Part shown: positions 11,509 to 25,637 of the stretch, piece by piece
How positions within the stretch are numbered: position 1 is the stretch's first letter
Layout of the letters: the number at the start of each line of letters is the position of its first letter
NCBI RefSeq assembly: GCF_963853765.1
Contig: NC_088857.1
Span: 9,796,001 to 9,860,000 of the forward strand
Direction of reading: 5' to 3'
Source: Magallana gigas
Lineage: Eukaryota
Length of the DNA stretch: 64,000 nucleotides
Made by a program: the position numbers and the translations under genes
The notes under the pieces: model-generated
Told to the model about the DNA's origin: nothing
The model's database searches: none
Seen by the model: only the letters and a program-made list of their open reading frames with translations

Positions 11509-12844
11509 ACACCTCGGCGTAGTGTACGTCATGGTAACTATGACAACAAATGAAAAACAATCATCTATATATGATTTATTTTCTCTTATAGGTAAACATA
11601 ATTACACCAACTTTATGAATTAATGACAATAATAGATTTCAACTTGTAATTTAAGGCATTACCAAATATTTCTCTCAATAAAGCAAAGGACTTGTTGTAA
11701 AATACAGTGTCATTATAATTACGCAGGTAAACATTCACCGTTTTAATAAGTAACAAGAATTTGCTGACTTTTACACGTGAAGTCTTGAAATTAGGCTACA
11801 TATCTGCTTATTTTTTTTTTTTTACATAAATCCTCGAAATACATACTGTCTGAAATCTAAAAGTATACAAGTCTTATTATAATTGTATAAACTTATGTTT
11901 CTATTAAGTATTTCAGATTCACATTTCATATTCAAGCAGTTGTACATTATCACTTATTTCCAACTTTTTTTCCATGAACAAATTACAAAAATGAGACATG
12001 GGTATATACAAAATTGTGTCATTCAAAAACTAAGCACACGGAACACGTTGAATAAACATGTTTAATTTCACTTGCAGGTTCTTTGATTACATAATATATG
12101 ATTCTAACAACAATGCCAAAACTCAATATTACACAGAGTGCATAAGAAATGACATCAGAATACGCCCAATTTACAAAACACACGCAGAGCATGGATATTG
12201 AAATGATATAGTGAATGAGAAACAATGACTAGAGAAAACGTCTACTAGAGATGCCATAAAATGTGATAGTACATCATGGAGAGGGGAGGGTACCTGGAAC
12301 TACCTGCCCTCAAACCCATCACCCCCAGGCAGAAATCTTCCACCTAGAGTTCACCCAATACAATAGAACCACAATTGTTACCATCAAATTAAGATTTTGT
12401 GACATTAAACAACTGATACATTAAAACAGATCGATCTTGTTTCAATAATTCAAAACAAGTTCTCTGAATTTCTTTTAATTGCGATGTGAAAAATATGGCT
12501 TATGGGGGAATACCCAACTTTCTGCTGAGTAAGAAAGTTATTGTGTCACTGTGATGAAACAAAACTGATTCATACGTAAATTATGCCTTTTAACCTTGCA
12601 CTCAAAATGCATTTTGATGATCTTGATATTCATTCTTGAACTGACTATTTGTCAACTACATGTAGAAAGAAGGGATGTAATTCAATGTTGTTTGCATCTT
12701 TTACCAGGATGACAACCTGCAACCATAATCAAGGTCAAATGTTGAAATTGCTAACGACTGACTTCAAAGGCAACAAAGTCTATGCTATTATAGTAGGATT
12801 AAAAGCTGTCAATGTGACAGCATACTGCGTTTTCATTTCTGTGA

Positions 12845-13404
12845 ACAGTGTCCATAGTCCAATTGTCAACCCTGAATTGAAAACATTACCTATCCAGTGA
12901 AATAGGGTACTCAATATGCAATATATTGCCAAAAAATTACTAAGTTCGAAAGCTGATATCTTTTCAATAAAATATCAAAAATCAAAAACCCAAGTAATAT
13001 GCTCATGACTCAGTTCAACAGCTTGTATTTAAAAAAATTTATCAAAAATCAAATCCAAGTAATATGCACCTCTCTGGTATATATGTACAATTGATCTGAA
13101 AAACAACAGCTTCCTATCTTAAAAACTATGGGAGGATAGGGGTACCCTTTATGCAATATTATGCGAAAATTATGGCTAAGTTAAACAGCTTGTATTTTTT
13201 TCCAAAATTATCAAAAATCAAAATCCAAAAAGTATTCACATCTCTGATATATGAACAATTAATCTGCAAAACAGCAACTTCCTATTTCAAAAACTGTAGG
13301 AGGACTTATCCGTAAAATAAGGGTACCCTTTTGGAAGCTGCCCGCCCATCAACCATTTTCACCATTTCAATAACTGAATTTTTCCTTTACAAAACCCGGT
13401 TAAA
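12845..13404. mobile_element. Degenerate non-autonomous Helitron/Helentron-like (HINE-type) element with internal ~165-bp tandem units
   Basis: Repeated blocks atcaaaaatcaaa(t/a)ccaagtaatatg...cttcctat..aaaaact.t.ggagga..agggtaccct, then a CCGC-like microsatellite remnant and a subterminal hairpin ending aaaacccggtt. This layout is typical of bivalve HINE elements; boundaries are approximate. Confidence 0.5.
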
Positions 13405-15221
13405 ACTTTTCAAATGCATGTCTGGCAGCAATACCCTCTAACAGTAACAAGAATTAACAAGACTTAGGCTCTTGTCCAAAATCTGATTCTGCAGTTTGGG
13501 TGAAACATATTTCATATAAAGAACTGTTCAAGAACTGTTAAAATCTTTCACTTCCGGAAATCAATTTAATTTTTAAAAATATATCAAACATTCCTATTTG
13601 CGTCTCTTGTTTAATGGTTCATTAACCATTTTATTGGGAAAAATGATATAAAATACTATTGCCCTAAAAATATTAAGTACATTGTAAACAATTAATACAG
13701 GGTTTTTTTCCACAAGGTATTGCATCACAGTATTTGATGGATTTCCAAACAACATATCATTTTCAGAACTTTATACCAAACAGTTTCAAATTCATTATGA
13801 ATTACACTGTAGACTTTGAACACATGAGATAACGTACATGTAATAGTATGATATATGGCATATTCTGGTTATATAGTTTTCAGAAATGATCTAAATCTAA
13901 CACAGAAAGCGGATATGTAGACCATTAACAGCACACATAATATACATGCAATCACTTCTGAATTATACAATAAAGTACATGTATGAAGTACTGAGAGTTT
14001 AATGGCCGACTCGCACAATAAAAATCATTGAAACAGTCCTTAAATTCCAGTAATATTCACACCATAAAAATTGTGAGCTTTACATAAGCTGTATTTCATC
14101 AGATTTGGAACTACCTTATAAAAAGATGAGACATGAACCATGAGCAGCAATCAAGATTTAGAGTCGAATGACAAATTCAATATTAAAAATTCTAAACAGT
14201 AACTAAGGTGTCCTAAAACAAGTGTTGTATTTCTCACAGACGCCCATCCACACTTGTTGACCACACACACAAGAGATTCAAGGCAACTACAATGTTGTCT
14301 GTCAAGCTATATGTGTATAATTTTGAAGAAACAAAGATCATTTATTGAATATTGATAAAAATACATTGGTTACAGATTATTTTATTGTCTTTCGATGTAA
14401 AAACTATGAGTATTGGTTTTCTTTTTTAAACTTTTAAGGCATATCAGAGATCTGTAATGTTCACAAAAATTTGTGAATCAACCAAAAATTTGCATATTCA
14501 ATGAAAAATTGCATTTTCAAAATATTCTTACATTATAAGACTGAAAAAAACCCATTTGATTAGCAGCTTTACAATGAAGTTAAAAAAAAACTTGAGAAAA
14601 AAGTTGCTCCTGAATACATGCCCATGTTTACTGAGATTGACTATTTCCTTAAGAATTGATGACATACCGAATGCCTACAAACGTCAAGAACAGAGAAATG
14701 GACGGAACATTTCCATACCTTCATTGCAAACAAAGCACTACACTCCCACTTAATCAAAACTTTGTTTTTTTCCTGACACAGAATATCAATATACACATGT
14801 TATTTAAATGCAATATATATGTTAATTCATGTATCAGATTTGATAAGCATGAAAAAGATCTTACCATTACCATTAATTGATATCATAGATAATTTATTTA
14901 GGATCTCAACTTAACAAACAGTGTACTTCCAAAAACAGAGATTATGTACTTCCAAAAACAGAGATTATCTCTGCCACAATTTTCAAAGATTTTGTATGAA
15001 GTTCATACACACAACACATGAAAAAAATCTTTGTAATAAATATTCACCATTAAGGTAATAAAGATATGATATATATGTAATATGACACGAACTCCACAAT
15101 CGGAGACATAAACTCTGATCACATTTTCAAAATGATACATCTTTTAAACATTTCACTTGTACTCTTGAACAAAATAAGACCAATAGCACTGACAAATACA
15201 TACATGTACACTGTACATATT

Positions 15222-15225
<4 letters not shown>

Positions 15226-15270
<45 letters not shown>
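15226..15270. repeat. (CT)n microsatellite, probably in the SIAH 3' UTR
   Basis: Directly visible. Confidence 0.95.
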
Positions 15271-15271
<1 letters not shown>

Positions 15272-15549
15272 ACACACACGTACAATACCATATCTTGCTT
15301 CCACTAATGAGATAAAGAGCATTACATCTCTTTGGCATTCCTTGTTTTTGATAAATTCATAATGCATTTAATTTTGCCGAGTACCTCTCAAGTCAAGACA
15401 AAATATAAGCATTATGGTAAAAGGTAGGTAGAATTCTGTGAGATATCTAAGCCCAGCAATGCTTACGTAAATCAACTTCTTCTCTGACTATGGAATCTTA
15501 AAATTTGAGGGAGGGACAGTCTTTGGCTTGTCTGTACACGCCCACCCCC

Positions 15550-18500
15550 TCAACACATGGATATGGTGACATTGATGCCAAGGTTACCATGGTCAGCGAA
15601 CAACTGGGCAATGTTTGTGTCAAACACTAGACAATCACTGGCAACAATGGCAGATTGGACTCCGTCGTGGATACTTCGCGGAGTGGCCTCCCAAGACAGC
15701 CGCCGACGATGGCCGTTCAGCTCCAGTCTGAAATGTAAAACCATTCTCAGTGATTCAACCTTTTTTTCCAATACAAATCACATAAATGACTAATTAAGAT
15801 CAACCCCCCTTCCTGAAACTTTCAGTTTTATGTAAAGAGAATTTGACAATCAAAAGAGTTTCTATTTACATTCTTGTATCAGTTATTTCATTAAAGTTTA
15901 AAATCTCAGCAGATTGTAAAAATAAGTTGTGCAAAATGACCAACGTGATATTGCTTTCTCTAGCCTGCTCTATCATAGCAATAATAGAAACTTCTACTAT
16001 TAAATAAGAAAGGTGAACACTTGAATCTAAAAGAGTTTTTACTGGTTAGTTCTTTTTTTCTGTTTTGACTGGTTTATTAATAAGGAAAGACTTACATTTT
16101 AAGTCGAAAGGTTATTTATTTCTTGCTAAGACTATCTGTACCTGTAAGCAAAGTTCTCGGCCTGTTTGCGTGTACCAATCAGCTGTACTATGGCATAAAA
16201 CATTTGTTGTCCCTCCAACTTTTCCTGTTTTTCCAGGACTAACATAAAATTGTGACCAAAACAAGACTGCATCATAACCCAGTCTACTGCCCCTGGTAGA
16301 TTTATGTCAGTAGCCAGGAACACAATGTCTTCACCTGAAAGCAAAACAGTCTGTCCATTGCAGGTCTGAACTACACACTGTGAAATCATCTAGATTCTTG
16401 TGAAATTATGGATTTTCTTTGACATATATATTGAAAAAAGACAGGGTTGATAATTTGTGAGTAAAGGGTATCCATTGAAATTGAACCTCCACCAATATTA
16501 ATGCTTCTACTTTATGTTATTGGACATTTTAATCAAACAGTTTTGATGAGAAAGAGAGAGACAGAGAACAAGAGAGAGACAGAGAAAGAGAGAGAGATTT
16601 TTTTTTTTACCCTGGAGGGTGGTGATGCTCTTGTGTTGCTGCATGAGATGACCCATGACCTGCTCCAGTGACCCCTGCCATTTACAGGAAGCTCCGGGAC
16701 AGGGACAACAATACGGTCTATAAAAAATACATCAAAAATTAAAACAAACCACTTTGGTACAAGAGGATACCTAATTGTTGAGAATCATTTGAAAAAAATC
16801 AACATTCATTCAATTTACAGGGTATTGTCAAGGAAATCACTAATGGAAAGTTCTTAAGTAACTTTTCTACATTTCTTCTCAAAACTGAAGAAAAAATTTG
16901 ATGCAGTTTACAAATAATCATTTCTACTTTTCACAACTATTCTAAAACAATAACTGTTAAATAAACTCTTTTATCGCTTTTTGATTGTACATACAGTTAC
17001 ATACATCAATAAAACAGAAGTTTGATAAACACAATAATTAACAAGTGCCAGTATTTTCTTTCTTTATACACAAAGAGCTGAAAGATTTTATCTCAGTCTA
17101 TCAAAGATACTGAGCAGAGATAATATGGTTTACATCGAGTTGTGAAAAACTTCCTCGTACGTATCTGCCCTACATGTTCATTCCCAATTCTACAGAAACA
17201 GAATCACCATTGTGTGACATAAATATAGTTTTTGTCTATACTCAGCTAATATTTTCAACATGACAAGATAAGGAAGACTTGTAATTAGTGATGATGGTAT
17301 CAGATATACTTGACCTATATTCACAGGTCTCCTCATGCTCCTGTTTGTCTGTGTGTAGGAGAGTGACCGGACAACCACTGGAGGAATATTTACAGGGAAA
17401 CATCACCGTTGTGGCGACTTTCTCCATGGCAAGATTCCTTATATTACCTACAGCAAAACGAAGCATGCATTGGTACATGTACTAACATTTAAAATATAAA
17501 AAAAAAACATTGTTTAATTCTTCAATGTAAAATGAATGATGTATCAGCAATTAATAGTTTACAAATCAGATACTTTTTAAAAAATATAACAGCTACATAG
17601 ATTCAAAATATCGAATGAAATTTCTTCGCTTAAGTTATGACCAAATTATATGATAGTATGTCATATTTTTAAAATTTTCAGTGGCACATTGAGAAAATAT
17701 TAGCCCTCTTGTTTTTCTCAGGGTTTATCTTACCTAATGGCCCACGACACGTGGGACATATGTTCAGTTTCTGTTTACACGGCTGACAGACAATATGGCC
17801 ACTCTGACACTGGGTGATGGGAGGGAGAGCATAGTCAAAGCAGACCGGGCACTCAAAGAGGGAGGCCAGGTCTGAGTTACTGCTCCCCGCAGCAGCTGTG
17901 GACAGAAACAACCAAACAATCAAAGTACGGTCAAAGCACCGAAGTATGTAATGGATCACAATTATTACATTACCATACCTGTAAACTTATCAATATATAC
18001 ATGTACATACAAAACATTTGAAAATATTAATGAAAACAGTGAATAAACACTTTAATGCTTTCATTAATCTTCAGATGTTTCAAAAACTATTGTGAAAACT
18101 TGAATAGACAATTTTTTGTTAGTCATTCTTTAGAGAGCTTAAATTGATGTACCAGGTATTGACAATCTGAAAATGACTGGAAATATAAAATACTTCATGT
18201 ATATGTATTATCTTTCCTACAATTGGTCTCAAATTTCAAGAATTTTTTAAAATATGCATCTTTAAAGAATGATGTAAAATATCTCTATTTCAGCTTTCAC
18301 AATACAGAAATTCTTGAAACATCTACCGGTACATTTCAAATATCATGTAAACCCTTCATAGTCACTTGCACCTTTTTGGATCCTATATTGTGGTACCCGG
18401 TACTTACTAAGCTTAAGAGAAAGAGTGCAACTTAAGATGGTGGAAAATCCAATAGATCTAAATACAAATGTATCAACATCTACCAGTGCTGTTATTAATA

Positions 18501-19989
18501 TTCGTATCATCTTATATGTGGCAGATTATATACATAGATCCTAACCAAATATTGATCAAATTTTAAAGCTGTCCATGTTTAAGAATTGCTAACGTCAAAT
18601 ATAATAATGAGCAAGACATTCCAATAATAACTCGTGTCCACTTATTATCTTTCAATAAATTCACCATAATGAGCACCCATAAAACTGAATTGATAATAAA
18701 TTTGTATTATATTACAATGTTTATGTACCAGAAAGGCCTAACAAGATAAAAAGTGCAGATTATTTGCCATATTTCAATACTGAGTTCAACATATTTAAAA
18801 ATTCTATATACGGTAAGCTAATTTATAATGAAATACGCCATGTAATATTCTGACTGCTGTTTATTTTAAATGAACTCTAAATATCAGGAACATCACATTA
18901 TTCAGAAACAATCCAACAATCGGAACTAATGTACCATACACCACCAATCCTAGTGCTTGATATTTACATGTAAGAAATGTGATGGTTTTTCAACCATAAG
19001 AAAAAAGTTTTCATATATATGAAGTCGCAATTACTGCATAAAATCAAATTCTGTAAAATTCTGTGTTTTCTTGTGTCTTCCAAAATACCAAGCTGCACTT
19101 CAAGTAACTAAAATACCTGATGTGCATATGGCTATATATTTTATTTACTGAATGTATTTGGACCTATCCTGCTCTTCCTTTATCTTTTTGTACATGTATA
19201 TACATGTACGTGAATTCTCCAGCTACCTCATGGCATAATATATTGTGAGAAAAACAAATGATACCCCAAAAAATTAAAACGACTGTGCTAGTTTACTCAT
19301 CAGCTCAAACAGGATTAAAAATTGTATTTAATGAACCCATTATTTTGGTCATTATTCACAGGTGCATGTATTACAGTTATCTGTACATACTGTGGAATCA
19401 TTTGAAATGTCATGAAATACCAATTTTTTCATATGCTTTTGTGATATGTAAGTTCATGGACTCCTAATCTCTATAATGTATACAGAATTTATCATATGAT
19501 CTAATTGTTGAGGATGTAAATACATGGAGTGAACTACAGAATCAATGAACATTCGCCATCACAAACTCTAATGACTCCACTGTATTTATAAACTCTAACT
19601 TTGTATCGCTTTCATTTCAAAGACATAAGGTACACAATGTACAATAAAATCTTTGGTTCACTTACCAATCATTTCAGTACTCACATCGGGTATATTGTTA
19701 CACATATTCAAAGTTCTCTTGACGATGTGTCAGGTAGAATAGTGTAGAAATAAACAGGTGATAATAAATATACTGCTGTCCTTTCACATGTAATTAGCTA
19801 GTTATCACATACGATACATTAAAAAAAAATCAATCATATCTGCTAGCTCTGTGTACCATCCTGTCTATAATATCTGACTGCAAAGTATTCTGAAGCTATT
19901 CAAATCCATGCTTGTCTCTTTTGGCATATCTTACAAAATCTTAAAGATGCAAGGGGTGGATCTGGTTTAGTATATTCAGATAAGTTTGT

Positions 19990-20030
<41 letters not shown>

Positions 20031-22083
20031 CTATGTGAAAACCTAATTTAATGTGAAATTGGAATTTTTATTTTTCAGAAAATGTTTGTTTTTTTCTTTA
20101 TCATGAACATCATTTATCCTTTCCTATCATGTATCAACCCTATTGTATCGTGCGTCACCATGAATATCCTATCGTTTATCTTGTAAAAATATAACATTTT
20201 TGGTACTGTACCAGTATGTCAGTGTTCAGATTTACTTTTAATTGACCATATTGTAACCCACTTTTTCAGTCTTAAATTCCAGTCACTAGCATTTATGTCA
20301 ATTTATGAAATTCCATCTGATCCTCACCACTTCCCACAAACCCTTGGCATACCATGCTATCAAAAGTCGTGATTTTTTTTCATCATGATCTTATTTTAAA
20401 TCAGCCAAATAATGAAAGATGCCATACCTGGTGCAGTAATATCAGCCTGTATAGACATTGATATTGACAAGTTGGACAAACGTTTTAATGCCTAGTGTAT
20501 GCAATTACTAGGAATAATGTGAAATATTACAGATAAATTGAATTCATTGGAAGAGTATAAGACTGAGGTAAGTAAATCCTCAATGTACAAGTGCATGTCT
20601 CTGTTGATACACAATCAGGTGTACTTATTATTGCAGCATTGATTGATACATGCATCATGAAGGCTCAAACAGATAGACTAGATAAATAAAGGATTTGAGC
20701 TATTTGTGTTAAAGACACTATTGAATAAACAGTACCAAAACATTGTCGATTAAATCAGATATGTTTTGCATTTTTTGATTGGTCGAAGGGTTTCAGCAAA
20801 CCCAATCAAAATTCATGAAAAAAATCCCAACTTTTGATAGCACAATATGCCAAGGGTTCGTGAGGAGCGGTGTGTACGTATCAGAAAGCCTGGACTAGGG
20901 AAGAGGATATCTGACAGCATATCATTAGTATAGTTGTAAAGTTTACATCAAACTTTGAATTCTGTTGTTAATTACACATAAATCCTTCAGTAGCTGTTTA
21001 CCTGTCAAATAGCGACTCTCAATCTACATGTGAGTTCATCATACTTCACTTTACAAGATAATAAAAGCATTTAAGGAACAAGTACTTGAAAATATGAAAA
21101 CACACTGATCATGACACTTTATGTTTTCTTTACAATAACATTTATTTGCATATACATTGTTCTTTCCCACTGTAAGTCCATATGGAGGAACTGCAATTAT
21201 TTTTCTATAATCGCAATTGCTCTGTCTTTATACTATGACGTCATAAAGGTGTGATGTTATATACTTTTCCATGACGTTATAAATTTAAACCACTATACAA
21301 TACATCATGTGTTTTTCTCCAACTCCATAAAATTGATGCATTTAATTAAAACATGTCTTATAATAACATTTAATTTTTTTTATGGAATTACTGTTATTAA
21401 ACATATCACTGATTCTGTTAACAAATCTATGTAAATTAAAAAGATACATTACAGTCTGAATGTTTATTTTTGATACAATAGCTAAATGCCTAGGTCTAGG
21501 CTAATACAGGGTATTCGCAAGTGGTAAAATGCAAATATAAGTAATAAACAACGATTATTTAGTGAACATGGCGTTATGAATAGCAACTGCTCTGCTGGCA
21601 TATTTTCCATGATGCGCTAGCGCGCATCATGGAATATGCCAACAGAGCAATTGCTATTCATAACACCATGTTCACTAAATAACGTTGTTTATTTCTTAAA
21701 TATCCTAATTTTACATACCCGACATTTTTTGATACAGTGAGACAAAGGTTGGTTTTACAATTCACATGTTAGTTTTTGGCTTTTAGGAAAAACTCTTAAA
21801 ATATGTGCTAGTTTGTGAGTTAATTTCTAAGAATGCACACGGTGTTTGAATATTAGCAAGTAGAGTTTGTCACCAATACCAACACATAAACTGCAAAGGA
21901 TTGTGTATAAACATATGATTGTGTACTATTGAGGGACGTGCATACAAAATGAACATACACACACTTACTAGAAACATACTACTCACCTAAGACTGATTGT
22001 GTAGTGGTTACATTAGAGGATCCCCCATTGTGAATTTGTCGGGGCTGTTTACCCGAGGAAGACGGCTGACGACTGAGGCTCAT
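15550..22083 (-). CDS. SIAH1: E3 ubiquitin-protein ligase SIAH1/sina
   Basis: Exons 22083-21987, 17895-17734, 17447-17315, 16717-16611, 16334-16142 and 15727-15550 have consistent phases. RING: [47 protein letters not shown]; then [11 protein letters not shown], the zinc fingers, [28 protein letters not shown], and C-terminal [17 protein letters not shown]. Confidence 0.97.
19387..19430. mobile_element. Solo terminus of the TACTGTGGAATCATT MITE family
   Basis: Same 15-bp terminus as the element at 35377-35600; no partner end was seen. Confidence 0.4.
19991..20029. repeat. (CT)n(CA)n microsatellite in a SIAH intron
   Basis: Directly visible. Confidence 0.93.
21543..21693. repeat. About 150-bp near-perfect palindrome (hairpin element) in a SIAH intron
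   Basis: Arm aataaacaacgattatttagtgaacatggcgttatgaatagcaactgctctgctggcatatt..ccatgatgcgc pairs with its reverse complement across a TAGC centre. Confidence 0.92.
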
Positions 22084-22675
22084 TATAGCTGTTGTCCAAT
22101 CAAGGACACGCTAGGAGCTGGATAAAAGAAGGAGAACACTTAACATTGACAAAGTATGATAAACTTTGTAAGATGTCATCGGGTCAGGCTGAATTGCATG
22201 TAGTTCAGACACACCAAAATAATCATAGCAATTAAAGAGAGAACTTCAGAGTATATCCGTGATTTTTTTAAAAATCCATTGTTACATATGGATATATATT
22301 CATCATGAAAGCTATTTTAACCATCATAACGAAGTTACTCTAACGTTCACCATCCATTCCTCAATTTTGAACGGTATCCTATTTTTGAATACATAGATCA
22401 TTTTGTCTTTTCGTTCCATGTTTTTTGTTATATGCCTTGAGGATCTAGCCATAAAATAATTTCTTAATAATGTAAATAGGACACATTCGTCATACATGGG
22501 ATACAGTGCCAGGAATAATGGCGGATACGAACAATAACATTGACATTATAACAGACGTCGTAGACCAATGTTTATCTTCTGAAACTTTAAAGGATGTTTA
22601 TTAAATGTCATGGAATTATTTTTTAATGAAATCAAAAGTTTCTCTACACTACAAAGCATTCTAACCTGCGCCAAA

Positions 22676-22765
22676 GACAGATTGTTGTAGTAGCACTCTT
22701 GCCCGTCACCTCTCGATCGGTGTATAACGTCATCAAATATGCAGACTATGTTACTTCCGGCTTTG
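22676..22765 (-). promoter_or_regulatory. Probable SIAH non-coding first exon and promoter
   Basis: On the minus strand: donor GCAG|gttaga at about 22676, a GC-richer island, a TGACGT half-CRE, and ETS motif CCGGAAGT (22753-22760). The acceptor tccag upstream of the SIAH ATG requires an upstream exon. Confidence 0.45.
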
Positions 22766-24623
22766 CATGAGGGATAATTTCAAAAAGTAAAGATTCCTTT
22801 TTCATGCGATCAATTCATTCTTCTCTAAAACTGTACAATGATAACTTTTGGAAAAGGGTATTTAAAAAAAACTTTTTCAGTTTTCCACACTGTTGATAAA
22901 TGATGAGCAAACATTAGGATAGTAGCAAAAGTTTTTACATGTTATTAACAGAACCCCAATTCCTTATCTTGAATTATTGGACTTCGATCCCGATGTTCTG
23001 CTGGAATTATTGTGAGTCACAATGATGCTATGTGCGGTAAACACAGACAATGTGCGCAGAAATAAAATGCATTGATAGTATTAAATTTATAAGTTTTATA
23101 TTCGTAATATCTCTTATAACACATTTTTGTCCCTGGTTATACTAAATTCCTAAAATGTGTCGACTTTTCAACATACATGTATACGTACATGTATTTATAA
23201 AGGAGAATTCTTATAAGCAGTTATTAAAAATCATTAAATACAAATTTTCTTTAAATTAAAATGGAAATAATTATCTAGTGCTGTCGATCTGGCGAACAAG
23301 TTATTATAGGTACCTGATATGTTCACATTATACGTACAATTTATGATGGGAAGTTCAAATACTGCACGTGATTTCAAATTAGTATTTAGTAATAGAGTAT
23401 AATGATTTGTCCATTGTCTGATAATAAGACATATTTCTATAATCTGGTCAAAGTTAGCTATATAGAACATGCATATGTCAAATCGCATATTTGTCACCAA
23501 TATATTAACAAGGTTATAATTACTATTATGACACCCTTTCTATCGCCCCCCTTTCCCACCCCTACCCCCGGGGGACACAGAAACTTTCCGTATAAGTTTG
23601 CTGAATTTTAAGGTTTTTAGGAGAAAAAAAAGAAAGAAATAGTTGTATTTTTATCTAGATTTCTTATAGAATTTAGTAACAAACTCCTTCCTGTTGACAA
23701 CTATATTACGCCTCTTTTAACAAATTAGATTAATTAATAGATCGACTGGGGTAGCTCCTTATCAAAGCCAGCCCAAGTTTGTATTCATTTCTTCTTTTTT
23801 TTTTCTTATTTAAATCTTTGATGAAATCACACCGTGTCCTTATTTGGCTGTTTTGACAGTAGGGCGTTTAAAATTGATATTGTGAATTTGTCATGCTGTA
23901 AATTTTGAATAAAATTTTGAACACACAGCTGCCATCCCGTAAACTCAAATTTTACAAAATGACAAATTATTAAGGCCTTCAACGTAATACAAATCCCAAT
24001 TCAAGACGATGGGGTTCATATGGAGCAACTTTAAATTACTACACAATATATGTTCACGACAGAGGGTTCTTTTGAAATAATTATAATCCATTGTGATGGC
24101 CAATGTCATAAAATAGGCTGTTCAATCCTCCATAGCAAAATGCGCCATACACAATACTAATTATAATGTATCAGTGATGATCAACAATGCCAGAAGTAAC
24201 CTTATTAAACCTGTATCAGGATAGACACTTGTTGCAGGGTCTGAAAAAGTTTCAAATTTGAATTGAATCACTTGTCTGAATAGCGCATGTCTGCAGGAAT
24301 GTGGACAGAGGGGTAAGGGGAGCTTACTCAACCGGGTCGTCACGCAAAGATTAAATCTAACAATACAACTTTTAAATGTTGGATGCTTATCAATTAATGT
24401 TTTTATAGAGACTAAAGAACACGGACAAGACAAATAGAATAATTCTGTATAGAGTTACACATCTGGTTAAAGAATCAAGTTAAGTCATCGAGATGCGTTT
24501 CTGTTCGGAACATGTGCTTGGTTCTTACGATCCGATCAAACGGTTTTCCTCGGGAAATCAGGGAGTATTCAGCCATATACCCGAATTTATTCACGTTTTC
24601 TGATTTTTGTTTCAAAATTGTGC

Positions 24624-25637
24624 ATGGCACGTCCCATTCTAATCAAGACCAACAAAAACAGAGGCAAAAGGAAACAGAAAGCTAGTAGATTTGGACGCGT
24701 CGGTGATGAGGCGAGCATTGAAGAGGATGAGGATGAAAACAATGTTTACGTGGTTAGCAAATTATCCTCCTTCCGCCATGGATCAGGGACGATTCCAACT
24801 TTGTGTCCCTCATCTGGTAATTGCTGGGTACATAAATTCGGATCGAAAAACAATGAACTGATGACGCCAGAGGGCGATTTGATCCGATCGTCTTATTTCG
24901 GATTTCTGGTTAACCATTTGGCTTCGGCGGGAGGTGGGGAAATTCTCATGTCTGATTATTACGGCATGAAAGTGAAAATGCTGACAAAATCAGGCGAAAT
25001 AATTGACATCGCAGAAACTGAACCCCTTCATCCGTTTGGTCTCTGTGCTACCGTGGACGACAATTTCATTGTGTGCTTGGTTGACACTGACGACTGTGTT
25101 ATATCAACAGACAGTGTCAGGGGCCTTGCAAGAATTAACCGTGATGGCCAAAAACTTCAGGAAATCAAAAACTCGAGTGAAACTCGTCTGTTCACCAAAC
25201 CATACAGAGTCAGCGAGAACAGAAACTCGGATATTCTTGTTGTGGACTGGACTTCGGAAAGGACGAGCCGACTTGTCGTCTTGGACAAAACAGGGAAGTT
25301 GAAATGTGTCTGTAGAGGAAGACCAAGGAGATTCGGGGAGATGCTGTTCAACCCGAGCGATGTCTGCTGCAATTCCGAATCCTACGTCATAGTGAGTGAC
25401 CTTACTGGTCACGCTGTGCAACTGCTAAGTCCGGAATACCAATTCGTCCAGAATATTCTGGCCTCAAAAGACGGCATAGAATACCCACTGACCTTGGCAC
25501 TGAACCACGACGATCTCTGGGTGGGGTCCGGAAACGGTAAAGTCACGGTTTTAAGACTGTCCAAAAAGACACGTCCAGACGCTAATGGTCACGTGGTGGT
25601 GGAATCCAGTAAAAGCAGACTTTGTGTTATATGCTGA
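24624..25637 (+). CDS. Intronless NHL-type six-bladed beta-propeller protein (TRIM2/3-like C-terminal domain without RING or B-box)
   Basis: 337-aa open frame with repeated blades: PLHPFGLCATVDDNFIVC, LFTKPYRVSENRNSDILVVD, FNPSDVCCNSESYVIVSDLTGHAVQLL, GIEYPLTLALNHDDLWVGSGNGKVTVL. The N-terminus is basic, then acidic. Confidence 0.85.
   Translation: MARPILIKTNKNRGKRKQKASRFGRVGDEASIEEDEDENNVYVVSKLSSFRHGSGTIPTLCPSSGNCWVHKFGSKNNELMTPEGDLIRSSYFGFLVNHLASAGGGEILMSDYYGMKVKMLTKSGEIIDIAETEPLHPFGLCATVDDNFIVCLVDTDDCVISTDSVRGLARINRDGQKLQEIKNSSETRLFTKPYRVSENRNSDILVVDWTSERTSRLVVLDKTGKLKCVCRGRPRRFGEMLFNPSDVCCNSESYVIVSDLTGHAVQLLSPEYQFVQNILASKDGIEYPLTLALNHDDLWVGSGNGKVTVLRLSKKTRPDANGHVVVESSKSRLCVIC

Noticed and set aside
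15557-17485. Plus-strand ORFs overlapping SIAH
   Set aside because: Antisense to well-conserved SIAH exons, with no independent motifs.
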